Source: Zootoca vivipara (Eukaryota). From it: DNA of 64,000 bases. The notes under the pieces were generated by a model, which was not told where the DNA came from, did not search any database, and saw only the letters and a program-made list of their open reading frames with translations. The translations under genes and the position numbers were made by a program. The DNA lies in NCBI RefSeq assembly GCF_963506605.1, contig NC_083279.1, positions 63,116,001 through 63,180,000 on the forward strand. The letters run 5' to 3'. The stretch's first letter is position 1. Every line of letters starts with the position of its first letter. Shown piece after piece: positions 26,220 through 38,805 of the stretch.

Positions 26220-29200
26220 ATACCATATATGACCATAAACTGTGGTCCTTCAAACTATCTGTAGTGTTGGCCCTTGTTCTTCCAGTGTTGAAATACCTCT
26301 CAACTATTTTAAGAATTGTAAAGCATAAACAGCAGTATCAATCTTCTTGTTCCTTCACTGTTTGTAAATGAGACTGCTTATTCTAGAAGGAAGAAAAAGT
26401 TAAAGAGAAGAGAAAAACTTACGTTTTGATAAAGCTAGCCTCGGGGTCATTCCATTATCTTGTGGGAACAAGGCCCACTTCCTCTGAGTGTCTTTCCCTG
26501 ACACTCACAGATGCAGCTGGATGAATTTTTTTCCATTGCAACTTTCTCTTTTTTACTAAGCGGGATTATGAGAAGCAGTTATCCTTTGCAAATATTCTGT
26601 TATTGTGTTTAAGATACTGGCTGTTGAGAGCTGTGTGACCCTGTTCTTCCAGCTCTTAATATCAGGCATATTTTTGTAAATATAGTAGTTTCAGTGTGTT
26701 TGATACCTACATGATACATATCAGATGTACAAAAGCACATATTATTATTAAAGACACACTAGACTAAAATTAAAGAAACACAAATCTTAGGTAGGAACCA
26801 TATATAAATTAGACTATTTTCTGTTTCTTACAATGTCCACAAGAGTCTCAAGTCTGTGAAAACAAAGTTGTGTTGTAGGTGTATTATATGTGCTTAAACT
26901 GTATGCAGATGTGATCTGATAGTCTACCTTGGTATGAGGCTGCTGTAACTGTCCACAATATTAATAACTCCAGTTTTTAAGCCATTCATTGTGGAGAAAA
27001 TGTTCCACTTCTTGATCATTCTAGATACCCCTTCCTGTACCTCACCAATTCATTGGTATTTTTTTTAGAGCTGGGGAAACCAGAGCTGCATACAGCTTTG
27101 CACAGGTGTAGATTTATATAATGGTATTATTTTTAATTCTGAATATTCATTTTAGCATTGGTGCAACACATGGAATCACATTTTCAGTGATTCAGAATCA
27201 TTTTTCCTGAGTGGTTATAGTCAATTTAGATGGTTCTTTCTTCTCTCTTTTTTTGTACCAGGATATATCGGTTTGCACTCACTTATGCTTAATCTCATTT
27301 GCCATTCTGTTGGCAGTCATCCAATATGTAGAGATCTGTTGAGTTCTTCTCAGTCTGCTTGGGATGCAATCTTCCTGTGAATAATTTGGTGTCATTTGGA
27401 AACTTGACTACTTTGCTATTCATCCCAACTCCAGGTCAAGCTTGCTATTTACTTATCCTGGTAGTGAAAACTGTCAGTTTATTCCTCCTCTCTGCTTCTT
27501 GTTTTCTTGCAAATTACTAGTTGATATAATATAAAGATCTGCACAGTTGTGGATATCCTCCAACAATTCTAGGTGGTTAGTGATGCAATACAGTACTTCC
27601 ATTGGCAAAAATCATATTGATTCTTCCTTTGTGACGTGATGTGATGGGCTGCAGAGTTAGGTAGAATCCGATCTTCCACTGCAGCTCTGAGGAAAAGTGG
27701 GGGGACAGTTTCTTGGGGACATCCAGTGACTTGACTGGGAATGTTTATGCCACCTCTTTTGCATGTGTAGTGTTCTGCTGCCAATGTTGCAGGGCAGATT
27801 TGTGGGTTGGCGCAATATTCCAATGAAGTCCCACTCCTTCCCTGCCGCATCTTGGCTCCATCTGATTGTGCTGTCAACTTTGCACTAGTCTAATTCCACC
27901 CACCTCAACCCTTTGGTGTAATGCTCTGCTGTTGTTGGGGACTTTAAATACGGTAGTTATCCAGTCCTCATCAGACAGAGAACTCATAGGTATGGTTGTG
28001 ATTCTCAGAAAGAGGGCAGATGTGAGGTCAAATATTAATACTGTACTACAGAGATATAGAGACCCAACCTGGAACAATCTCAAGATTGTTAAAATGAAGT
28101 AGCGGCTGGGATTGACAAATCTGTCTGTTTCAGTTTCTAATTTTTCCAGTTTTAAGTTCCAGATCAGTTGGTGATTTATTTATTTTTAGTCTTCATAAAA
28201 ATTCATAAGCATTTTAGTCCTAATTTACCCAAACCTACATATGTTTATAAATAATTTTGCCTATTGTACACATTTTTGCAAAATTATTTTCCCTAATATG
28301 ATACATTTTAATGCTATTTTCAGTAATGTGTGCATATGTACACTTTACCCTAGTATATGCATTTCTGTTTTAAAGGTTTTCCTTCAATTGTGATATTTGG
28401 GAGCATCTGCAGCTGCCAATCCAGCAGGCCACGGTCCATAGCTAGTTTGCTCTTGTCTAATCTTAGAATGGTATGCTAGCTACCTCCTGTGAATTGAAGG
28501 ACAAACCTCTTTCTCACACATATGGAACAATATGGGCGGAAATAGAAGTCATGAGGGAAACAGAGTTCCCAGCTCTTGCAGGAAAGAATTGGAGGGTAAA
28601 GGGGTGGGAGTTGTTTAACCTTTCTTACTGCCTGCCAATTCTCTCCTGCCAATATCTCTCCCCCTCAAGCAGTTTTAAACGGTGCTTGAATTACAGGAGG
28701 TCCAGAGTGAGCTTGGTGATCCCTTTCCTTTTTGTACTGGGCCACTTAGCTATTGTTCTTAGAATACCTCAAGGGGCTCTTAATATGGGTCAAAAAATTT
28801 TTTTGGGGGGGGTCTCTCCCTTCCCCCAGTTTGAGCAGTTTCTCCCTAGATGGACTCCAGAACTATAAATGAGTTCTGCCAGTAAAAATGGCCTGGGTTA
28901 GGTAGCATTTAAAGGAGGGAAACACCAAACAGGGCAGGGGTTTAAGTTTCCCATCCTCTCCCACAAACCAATTTCTTGCAACTATGCCTTGCCCCTCCCC
29001 CCCCCCCCGTTGCCTGCCCTGAACATTACCTTTATTTATTGAGATACTTCAAACTCCCTCACCCTGTATAAAAACAGAAGAGGGAGGAAGCCACTTTGAA
29101 AATGAATATGGCATAGAACACCCACACACCCACACACACACAAAAGAAGATTTCCAACATTTCAACAGATAATGCCAAATCATCATCCTGAATAATAGAC

Positions 29201-29250
29201 AAAGGTTGACATGCCCTGTTAAGTTATATTCAGAGTATATGGATGTAAGT

Positions 29251-29497
29251 CAGGGGTCCTGTAAAGTGGCCCATGGGGGTCGTTTAACTGGCCCATGAGC
29301 CGCCCCCGAACCGAGCCACCCGCTCGGCGAGTCCCCATGCGCTGCGCTAAACCAGCACAGGGACTCACTTCCACGGCGCCGGAAATCGCGTCTGTGCAGA
29401 TGCCAGAAATCACACACCTGCAATCGGCAATCCGCCCCACGGAGGGATCTCCGCTGGAGTGAACCAGCCCAGGTGAGGTAAACCTTGCCGACCCCTG
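29251..29497. mobile_element. hAT non-autonomous element
   Basis: CAGGGGTC...GACCCCTG; TSD ATGTAAGT/ATGTGAGT. Confidence 0.8.
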
Positions 29498-29520
29498 ATG
29501 TGAGTCTATTGGTTTCAATA

Positions 29521-29676
29521 CATGGGCGTACCCAGGATTTATTTTTCAGGGGCAGGTTTTATTGGGGGGGGGGGCAGAACTGAGTTATCTGTGACACAAG
29601 TTAGTTAAGTATTTTTATTTATTGACTTGATCGGGGGGGGGGCAGCTGCCCCTGCACTCCCCTGGCTACACCCATG
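29521..29676. mobile_element. hAT MITE
   Basis: CATGGGCGTACCCAGG...CCTGGCTACACCCATG; perfect TSD TTTCAATA. Confidence 0.85.
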
Positions 29677-29848
29677 TTTCAATAGGTTTAGTTTGAGTAT
29701 AGCTTAGTTGGCTATCACTCAAAGACTTCCTGACAGAGCCGGAAGTGACTACTCCTGTTGCTTTATAATAATTGTTTTTAGCTTCAGAATGTCCACTGAT
29801 TGCCATATTTCTCATACAATGACACGTTTTTTTCTGGTATTTTTTCAG

Positions 29849-29953
29849 GACAAGCCATCAGGAACCAACATGGTGGAAGAGAAGTCCACAACTCCCTCGG
29901 TGGCAAAGCTGGCAGGAAAATTCCAAGATCAGTCATCTCTTTCTGGAAAGGAG
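29849..29953 (+). CDS. RCSD1: RCSD1 (CapZ-interacting protein) exon 2
   Basis: TTTCAG| DKPSGTNMVEEKSTTPSVAKLAGKFQDQSSLSGKE |GTTAGG; matches the CapZIP N-terminal motif PSVAQLAGRF. 105 nt, phase 0/0. Confidence 0.92.
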
Positions 29954-30769
29954 GTTAGGTACAATTATCATTGTTATGTGAATTTCTATAGCTGCCCATC
30001 AACAAACGTTCTCTGGGGGCTTACTACAAAAAATATTAAAACACAATAATAATGAAACCTAACAATAAACAATAACACTTCCTGTTATAGAGGCAGCATT
30101 AAAATAGTTTGAAAGTCAACCACAAAGGAAAGGGAAATCGAGTAACAGGCTATCTAGAGAGCTGATGTTTCACTCTCAAAGGCAGCAAGAACCAGAGACC
30201 ATCAGCGAAGGGAGTTGTTCATCTGGTCCTCCTCCACAGCTGCTGGAATTCCTCTTCCTCTTGAGGAAGCGGGCCTTTTCACATCTTTGCCTGTCCCAGG
30301 GAAGCCTGACCAACCCCAACCCCTGCTGAATGACTGACAGAGTCTGCCTAGGCTCAATCTACCTGGGGAGTGGGGACTATATAATACCTGGGCTGGCGAA
30401 CTCTCCCCTTTGGGGGGAGTGACTTTGGGGGAGAGGCAAGTACTGCCCACATAACATCATTTTCCCTGGGAAAGGCCTTGCCCTAGTTGTTTAAAATGTT
30501 TTAAAATGTTTTAAACTACTTTAAAACTTGTGTGTTTTAAAATTGAGGGGGTTTGGCTGTTGTTGTTTTAATTAAGGGGTGTAAGATGTGCCTGGGAAGA
30601 GAGGAGCTGGGGAGAGCAGGGGGCACCCCAATCACAGTGGTTATGGGAATGGGGAGGTATAGTGTTAGTAACTGTGCCATGTGCCCGGCCTCCCTCCAAC
30701 CAGGGGAATTATGGTAGCCCTATCAGCCACCCCTCGGTTCTGTGGCTGCTGATATAAAGCTTTTAATGG

Positions 30770-31140
30770 CTCAAGACTGCAATGCCTCAAGGGCCACCTC
30801 TACTCATATGAACTGACCCAGATCCTGCAATCATCATCTGAAGCCCTTCTTCATCTGCCCCCTCCATGAGATGCCCAGAGGGTGGCACCCCATTTGTGGA
30901 ATGCTCTCCCCAGAGAGGCTTGCCTGGCACCTTCATATTTTTAGGCACCTGGGGAAATGTTTTTTCTATAACCAAGCCTTTGGCTGATAAAATATTGTAT
31001 GGACTTCGCAATGTGTTTGTGGGAGGGGGACTATTGATTTGTTTTTATTGTATTAAGTATTTTGTGTCCCTTTTGTACTTTGATATTGTGAACCACCCTG
31101 TGATCTTTGGATGAAGGGCAGTATACAAATTTAATAATAA
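30770..31140 (+). mobile_element. Old L2-like 3' remnant
   Basis: Degenerate L2 3' region ending GAACCACCCTGTGATCTTTGGATGAAGGGCAGTATACAAATTTAATAAT. Boundaries approximate. Confidence 0.5.
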
Positions 31141-32783
31141 TGTAAATCATGTGTGCTTATGCTTTATTAATCATAGAAATGCATTTATTTATTTTGCATT
31201 ACTATTCATTTTGCTGTTGAATGAAATGGTGTGCAACTAGATTTTCATTCATGCCAATTGCTGCTGGCACTAAACTGTACAAAATTAATGAAATCTTCAG
31301 TTTTAGAAAACAACAGTGCAAGAAGAGAGGACATGTGTTTGCATGCAAAAAATGCCTTAACTTGAGCTGGGATTTTTAGAACTTTCCTAATACTTTTCCA
31401 CAATAAATTTGCATTTTTATTTATTTTTACTAATTTATCTTAATTCTTTCTTCAATGTAGCAAGTCCATTGCTATGGTGCCTGTTTTGTATTATCGTTAG
31501 TAGCAGCATTATTTAATATAGGTATATAGCACTGAATGCCAAAATAGGCTTCTAAGCTGTTTACAAGTATAAAACCAATAATACAAGTGTTAAAATATAA
31601 ACAACCATAATTAAAATGCACCAGGAAGCAATCCTATTAAATCATTTTAAAAATTCATAAGTAAAATATGCAACAAAACAATCCCATTAAAACAACACAG
31701 CAATTAAGGAAACGTTTGTGTTAAATAGGTATGTCTTCAAAAGCCAATGGAGTGCCAGTACAGATAGGACCTCTAAAACTTCAGCAGGAAGTGCATTCCA
31801 TAACACCAGTGACACCAGTAGAAAAAGCCTTATCAACACAGACACACATCTCTAATTGTTTGTAAATCTTCCATTTCCATCATTTTATAAACTGAGCACC
31901 CCCTCTCCTACATCGGAGCGCACACAAGCTATGGCTTATTTTTAAGGATGCATATGCAAGCAGTAACAGTTACCCACTTCGTATCAATGATGTATTAATA
32001 GGATACTGTACAATTTTTACCAGATCAGGGCTTATAGCAGTATTGTGCAGAGGTTAAAATGCAATTAGAGCATGCATCATAAAGGGCTCCAAGGTGCTGA
32101 TAATCAGGAACCACTGTAGTATATTTCCTTAATGTTTTCATTCTGTTTACAGCTGCAAGAACTGCAAATACCATTTTCATAGGCACTTGCAAAATTGCCC
32201 GAGTCTCACCCCCTTGTTCCTTCTTACTGTTACAAATTCTTGCAACTAGTCTGATAGTACTTGTTAATATAACTTTGCACCTTAAGTCTTGCTTGGTGAC
32301 AGTCAGTTATGAAAAAGCTTTCAAATGTAACAAGCTCTGCTTCTTCACAGGAGCTAATGAACTCAGAAAACAATTTATTCTCCTTACTTTGCCTTGAGAC
32401 ACAGCACAGGAATGTGGAGAGTGTTGTGTCACTTGTTATCAGTGATGTTATAGACACTATGCAATAGGTGACTGTGACACCTTCTGCCCAGCATAGTGTA
32501 GTAATTTTGTTGAGTGGAGAAAGCATTGCATATTTCTAACAAGAAACAAATCCATAACAGAAAAGACAGGTGAGTCTAGCAAATTAATGATTGTTGTTGT
32601 TGTTGTTGGCCTCCATCTGTCTTGAGAGACATTAGTGGAGTTCTGCTAAATGGGCAGTAACATCTCAAGAGCTTTTCCCAACCATCTGCTCTTAGGCCCT
32701 TTCCCGATATAAAGATTGCATTTTTCCATTTGATTTCCTTCCTTCCTCCTCTGTCAACTGATAAGCCCCTCCTCTATTTTTAG

Positions 32784-32873
32784 ATACCAGTCACTAAACC
32801 AACCCGTAGAAAACCACCATGCTCCCTTCCTCTCCACACAAACAAGGCAGAGCTTGGTCAGAATGGTGAGCTA
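32784..32873 (+). CDS. RCSD1: RCSD1 exon 3
   Basis: TTTTAG| [30 protein letters not shown] |[19 protein letters not shown] is diagnostic of CapZIP. Not in the supplied ORF track. Confidence 0.95.
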
Positions 32874-34314
32874 GTAAGTATCAGTGTTTTGAAGAAGTTC
32901 TTGTTTCCTTTCCTTTTGTAAGCAGTGTCAGTCTCTCTAAAGATGTAATGGTCCAGATGTAATGGTCTGATGGGTGAGCTGGCTAACTAAATGAGTATCA
33001 GGTTGATGTTGTTATGCTACACATTTCCTATGTCACTTTAGATCCCAATGACATCCTTCAATGCTGACAGAGTAGGGAAAGTCAGTCTTATTACAGGTCA
33101 AACAACGGTGCACAGACACAATTGGTGCTCTCCTACCACTGGGACATGATTCCATCCACACGAACCAGTGATACTGCTGAGCCATGGCACAGCTGTATAA
33201 ATGCACTACTACTTGAAGAAAGATACCTTCCAGGCTAGCCTATGGGTGCCCTACCTCATTAAGGTTAAGGCGAGTGTTCCTGTGTAGCATATGGGACAAG
33301 AAAGGGCAGCTCTGTCTACTTAGACAGTATGAGATGTCAGCTTTGCTTGGATCATATACAACTAGAATAAGTATCAGTCTGTTTGGAGAATCTGAATTGA
33401 TTTTCTAGCTGAGGATCTAGAACAGGCTTCTCTAAACCGGTGCCCTCCATATGTTTCTTCATCTGCACCAGCCAGCACAGCCATGCTTGTTGGGGCTGGT
33501 GTAGGTTGTCACCCAAAATATCTGGAGGGCACAAAGATGGGGAAGGCTTATCTAAAAGGATAAAGGAACACAGAAGCCACATCTCTCTATGAACAAGCCA
33601 GCTGTTCCAGAAGAAAATGGGTATACATGTACACATGGTTCAATATTATATTATTTATTATATTTAATTGTCACTACAAAAATTGCCTTACCTTTTTTTA
33701 AAAAAAAACATACAATACAAAATTTAAAATACATCAGAATGTTTTTGTTGGGTTTTTTAATGCAAAATTAGTAGGATATCCAGTCTTCAAGTGCATGCCA
33801 TGAGGCCTGGCCTGCACCCTCTAAGTTAGCCTGCTGCCCTCAAGTGCAGTCAAGAATGCTGTCCTGTCACCAGTATGGAAGTAAAAAAAAAAATCCAGAC
33901 TGCTTGTCTTCTGGATATGAAATGGAGGGGTGGAAGCATCCTGCCTTCACCTCAGGCATCAAAATATCTTGGGCTACCCTAAGGTGGAAACGGCAGCAAT
34001 GGACCCTAAGTGGCGCCAAGGCCTCGTGTGTTTGCCCAGCATGCTAAGGCCAAGCTGTCTTTTCTCCTAAAACTGTTGGAGAACCCACTTTTTGCCCACC
34101 TTGAGGTTCCCACATGCATGCTGACGCTTCCCTCTTATTTCTCAGGAGCCCAGTTGTGGCCACTGTTGACTTATTAGGTAAATTCATTATCAGAAGGATT
34201 GTAACGACAGCTCATTTTGTTCCTTTTCCACCTTTCTCCATCCCTTATGTGCACACAGCCTTAATGTGTAGCAAACTGCCTATTTGCAGCAATCTCCTGT
34301 TTCTCTTTCTACAG

Positions 34315-34377
34315 AAGCCATCTTCACATCCTCTAAAGGTTAAGGTAAAAAGCTCTCCCCTAATTGAAAAGCTACAG
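34315..34377 (+). CDS. RCSD1: RCSD1 exon 4
   Basis: CTACAG| KPSSHPLKVKVKSSPLIEKLQ |GTAAGA. Confidence 0.95.
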
Positions 34378-34401
34378 GTAAGATCTGATTACATACGTAT
34401 T

Positions 34402-34503
34402 TTTCACTGTATCTGAAGAAGTGTGCATGCACACGAAAGCTCATACCAAAATAAAAACTTAGTTGGTCTTTAAGGTGCTACTGAAGGAATTTTTTTTATT
34501 TTA
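34402..34503 (+). mobile_element. Penelope-like element pLTR fragment
   Basis: Shares sequence with 63271-63440, is flanked by the duplication ATACGTATT, and carries a hammerhead motif. Confidence 0.75.
34409..34446 (+). ncRNA. Minimal type I hammerhead ribozyme motif
   Basis: GTAT-CTGAAGA-A-GTGTGCATGCACAC-GAAA-GC-TC-ATAC: stem I GTAT/ATAC, CUGANGA core, stem II, GAAA, palindromic AGCU stem III. Predicted cleavage after C34442. Confidence 0.75.
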
Positions 34504-36117
34504 ATACGTATTACAAGTTAGGCTGCAGTCCTATACTCCAAGGGAAGCTATCCCCTCAGCTCCTCCAAGTAAATATTTCTGGGCCCCCAAAACACCTCAC
34601 TGATTTTGTTAGTCACAGCAGAAGGAAAAAATGTTCAAAAAATTACCACCCAGCCCAGCACCTTAATAGGATGTAAATCATCCCCTAACTTGTCATTGGA
34701 TCAATAATTTGATGAATTGGATGGGGCCCTCACCTCGGTTGATCAGCATACATCAGCTGCAGAGGGGGGCTGTGTGTGTTATATACACATGTGAGAGTGT
34801 GGGGTAGCCATATCCACCATTAGCATGTGACCCTCAGAGGACTGGCTAAGGGTGAATGTGGCTTTTGGGACAAAAAGGGTTAGCCATCTTTGCTATACAT
34901 GTATTCCCCTTTTTATCACTTTCCATGTGCTTTTAAAATTGCAATGGTATTTGCTTCTCTCAGTAATGCCTGCTTGATGCTAGTGTGGCTAATTGTTAAA
35001 GATGAGAGAGTCTGTTTTTGTCCCAGCTCATGCTACTGGTATTATGAACTTGGCCCTAGTAATCCACTACAAAAGCATTCCAGGATCCCAGCAATATGAG
35101 CTTCCTCATATCACTGCCCTGCTAATGACACCCAGGTTCAGACATGAACAACATCACAACCACATGCTTTTCTCCTGTGGTATTTTTGGTAGTCATCTGG
35201 ACTGGAAGTGAGAAAGATTTCACAACACTGGAAGCTTAGGAGCATTCTCCTGATGAAGATGGATAGAGAGATTTAAATCTAATATTATGGCTTTGTTCAC
35301 AAGCTCTCCCATGCCAAGTCACTGAAGATATATTCTCTTGGCTGAGGGGCTGGAAAATCCTTCAAGCTTTCACTGACACAAGAATAGTCTTTGGATCCAG
35401 CTATTTGGGAAGGGCAACTATCCTGTCATATCTTCTCTTCTCCAGATAATTTGTTAACATTGTCACTGCTAGATACATCTGCTGTCTAAATAAATGTTTT
35501 AAGAGCAAGGGCTCCCCCTACAGTCATGTTAAACAATAGTAATTTCCAAATGGTGGGCAGTAAGTCATTCTGGAAGCTTGGGGGCAGGTGGAGAACCTCT
35601 GATCCTGCAGATGTTGTTGGACTACAACTCCCATCATCCCTAACTATTGGCTATGCTGGTGGGGGTTGATGAAGGCCATAGGCTCCGTGCCTCACATCAA
35701 AAAGCAAACAGGATTCCGAGAGGTACTTCTGTATACAGCACAAGGACAAATGGAGCACTGTCTGTCAGCTTCTTTCTCCTGAGTTTCAGTGTAGCCTTTG
35801 TAGAACTCAGCAGAGAGGGGAAGGGGGGCAAAACTAGAATTATTTGGCCTTGCCTGTTGGTTGCTCTGGCTCCACCTACCATTGATCTCTCTGCCTTCCA
35901 ACCCACCAGTGCCAATGGGAACCTGCCACCACCAAATGCATGTGTCCAGTGACAGTGATTGGTGTGGCATTGAAACCTGGGTTTTGAGTTAAAACAAACA
36001 GTTGAGAACATGTGTGTTAATATATTAATCTGTTAAGTGTACTTCACATCGATAACAAACTTTTGGTAATAGGTGGGAAGATAATATTGAGGCACAACTG
36101 TTTTCTTTTCTTTGCAG

Positions 36118-36315
36118 GCCAATCTGGCATTTGCTCCAGCTGCCCTGCTGCCAGGAGCTTCTCCGAAAAGCCCTGGCCTAAAAGTAATGGTTTCTCCATT
36201 TAACAGCCCTCCATCCACTCCTGTCAGCCCAAAGTCTCAATCAAGTGAAGCTGATGAGACACCAGTTAGTTTTGATAAGCCACCAGAGGGCACTCATCTT
36301 CAATTTTATAACAAG
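36118..36315 (+). CDS. RCSD1: RCSD1 exon 5
   Basis: TTGCAG| [28 protein letters not shown]...[18 protein letters not shown] |GTATGG; 198 nt. Confidence 0.96.
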
Positions 36316-36350
36316 GTATGGTATATGTGTGCTAGTCTTTCACAACTTGT

Positions 36351-36353
<3 letters not shown>

Positions 36354-36432
<79 letters not shown>
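36354..36432. repeat. (GA)n microsatellite in RCSD1 intron
   Basis: About 39 perfect GA units starting ~39 nt after the exon 5 donor. Confidence 0.95.
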
Positions 36433-36438
<6 letters not shown>

Positions 36439-36861
36439 GCTTTCTGTATTGGGGAAAGGTTCTGGAGATCAGAGGCACCCATGCTTCCTCCTGCCCTGCC
36501 CTGCCCTGCCCTGCCTCTCTGTTGCTGCTCAGCTGGACAAGATATACAGATATATATTTTTATTTTTGAATCTGCTGTTTTGCACACACACAAAACCAGT
36601 AAATTGTAAAACATGTTTTGGGTTTATTTGTTTGTTTTTTAATGTCCATTTTGCCTACTGTGAAAGATGCTTGAAATGTTTGCTTTGTTGGAAGTTTAAT
36701 TCTTGCACAATGCCATGGACAAAACAATTTTTTAAAAGGCCTGTGCACACTGGTAAATAAATATATGCCCACGTGCAGTAAAGTACATATTTATGGAACA
36801 TTTGGAGGGTGGGGAAGTAGTAATTGAGTGGAAGTGATAAAACACACAGCACAAGCACCAC

Positions 36862-36892
<31 letters not shown>

Positions 36893-37115
36893 TATACCAC
36901 TGAAATTAATCTTGTGTAGAAAAAAGCACATAAAAGTGCACATAGAAAAATCAACCCACATATGCATTACTGTGAGCACCATCTTAATCTAGACCTCCTT
37001 ACTTCTGTCTGGTTTCCCTGATATTCCTTTCTTGTGCTTCCTCTCTTCCCTGATCTCCAAACAACCACTTTGGATTTGATCTGCTTGAAAGTTGGCCTTG
37101 CCTGTCCCTCTTGTG

Positions 37116-37436
37116 CAGGGGTCAACAACCTTTTTCAGCTGTGGGCCGGTCCACCGTCCCTCAGACCATGTGGTTGGCCAGACTATATTTTTGGGGGGGA
37201 AATGAACGAATTCCTATGACCCATAAATAACCCAGAGATGCATTTTTAATAAAAGCACACATTCTACTCATGTAAAAACACCAGGCTGGCCCTACAAATA
37301 ACCCAGAGATGCATTTTAAATAAAAGGACATATTCTACTCATGTAAAAACACGCTGATTCCTGGACCATCCGTGGGCCGGATTGAGAAGGCGATTGGGCT
37401 GCATTCGGCCCACGGGCCTTCGGTTGCCTACCCCTG
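37116..37436. mobile_element. hAT (Charlie-like) element with internal tandem duplication
   Basis: CAGGGGTCAACAACC...GGTTGCCTACCCCTG; TSD CTCTTGTG. The AAATAACCCAGAGATGC...GTAAAAACAC block occurs twice. Confidence 0.85.
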
Positions 37437-37706
37437 CTCTTGTGCTTTTGAGGACCTGATCCCAAAGTCAAAAGTTTAGCCATGACTACCGGTATCCCAG
37501 ATATTGCAGTGCAGCATCAAGTACTCCTGGACCATTCACTGGTGCCACTGAACATGTGAAACATTTCTTTCACTTAGTCTGGGATCAAAAAATGAATTAA
37601 TAAAAAGCTTTCCATAGAAATTGATTTCTTACTCATAAGTAGGAAGAGAATGAGCCACGACTCTTCAGCCTAAATTCTTGGTTTTCAGATTTGAACACAA
37701 TCTCAT

Positions 37707-37708
<2 letters not shown>

Positions 37709-37755
<47 letters not shown>

Positions 37756-37850
37756 TTTATACCCCGCCCAGCCACTCTGGGCGGCTTCCAACCAAATATT
37801 AAAAACAGTACAGCATCAAACATTAAAAACTTCCCTAAACAAGGCTGCCT
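37709..37850 (-). mobile_element. L2 3' tail fragment with (TAA)n microsatellite
   Basis: Reverse complement of the 3' UTR of the L2 at 17720-17830, adjoining a (TAA)15 tract. Confidence 0.8.
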
Positions 37851-38190
37851 GTTAAGGTAGAATCCCTAAAGTTGGCATGGACCAGAGAAACATATTTGTC
37901 ATCCATGCATGCTATGTTGCCCATCTGTGTAACAACACAACAGTCATATACACACAAAGGTGGGCACAGAAAATAATATATTAACCTCTTCTCCCCTTTT
38001 GTGATAAGGGGCAACCATCTGTTCTCTCTCATGAAAATGAAGGTGATGCCAAATGCTATTGATGTAAAGGAGATATAGTACGGTATATGTCTAAAAGTCT
38101 AAACATGTAAGCATCCATGTTGGGTGTTTTGTTCACTTTGCAGCACTGATCTCCTTTATGGTTTTAAATCACAGCTCTATCCATTTTCAG

Positions 38191-38805
38191 GTACGTACAC
38201 GGGGGTCAATAAAACGCAGACCACCCTCTAGAAGATTTCGAAAGTCGCAATCAGAATATGGAGATGACCTAGATATAGGGGTGACAGTTTCATCTCAGGA
38301 GAATGGTGCCCAGGAGGAGAATGGTGTATTTATGGACAAGAAAAAGGCAACAAAGTCACTCTCTCCTCCTGTGGATGGTCTAGATCACCATGAGAAACAA
38401 AAAGAGATAGCATCTGATGGAAAAACCCCACCAGGACTAGTGTCCAGAAGAACAGAAAGCAATGAGATAGAAGCAGGAGCAGAGGAAATGGTGTTATGCA
38501 AAGACAGCAAAGAAGAGAAGCCATATCAGAATGTTTCAGGGGAAAATCCATATGAGAGCATCAAAGATGACAAAGAGAAGAATCCAGATCATGACAATGC
38601 AGAGGATACAACAATAAAATCACAGAAGAGCATTTTGAGTGATAGGGAAGATGATATTGCTTCTGACCAGGAAATAAAAGATAAAGGAGAGAGGATGGCT
38701 CAGTTAAGAGACAGTGAGGACACACAGCTGATATCAGACAAACAAGACACTGCAACTCCACAGCCTGCAGGAGACACAGAAACCTGTACAAGCTCCAGAG
38801 TGTGA
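38191..38805 (+). CDS. RCSD1: RCSD1 exon 6 (CapZ-interaction motif end, acidic region, stop)
   Basis: TTTCAG| VRTRGSIKRRPPSRRFRKSQSEYGDD... followed by an E/K/D-rich tail and TGA at 38803-38805. Confidence 0.93.
   Translation, partial: VRTRGSIKRRPPSRRFRKSQSEYGDDLDIGVTVSSQENGAQEENGVFMDKKKATKSLSPPVDGLDHHEKQKEIASDGKTPPGLVSRRTESNEIEAGAEEMVLCKDSKEEKPYQNVSGENPYESIKDDKEKNPDHDNAEDTTIKSQKSILSDREDDIASDQEIKDKGERMAQLRDSEDTQLISDKQDTATPQPAGDTETCTSSRV

Noticed and set aside
30083-30455. Possible solo LTR (TGTTAT...ATAACA)
   Set aside because: No clear TSD and no second copy in the window.
36245-36760. ORFs with ER/SL dipeptide repeats
   Set aside because: Artefacts of translating through the (GA)n microsatellite in an RCSD1 intron.
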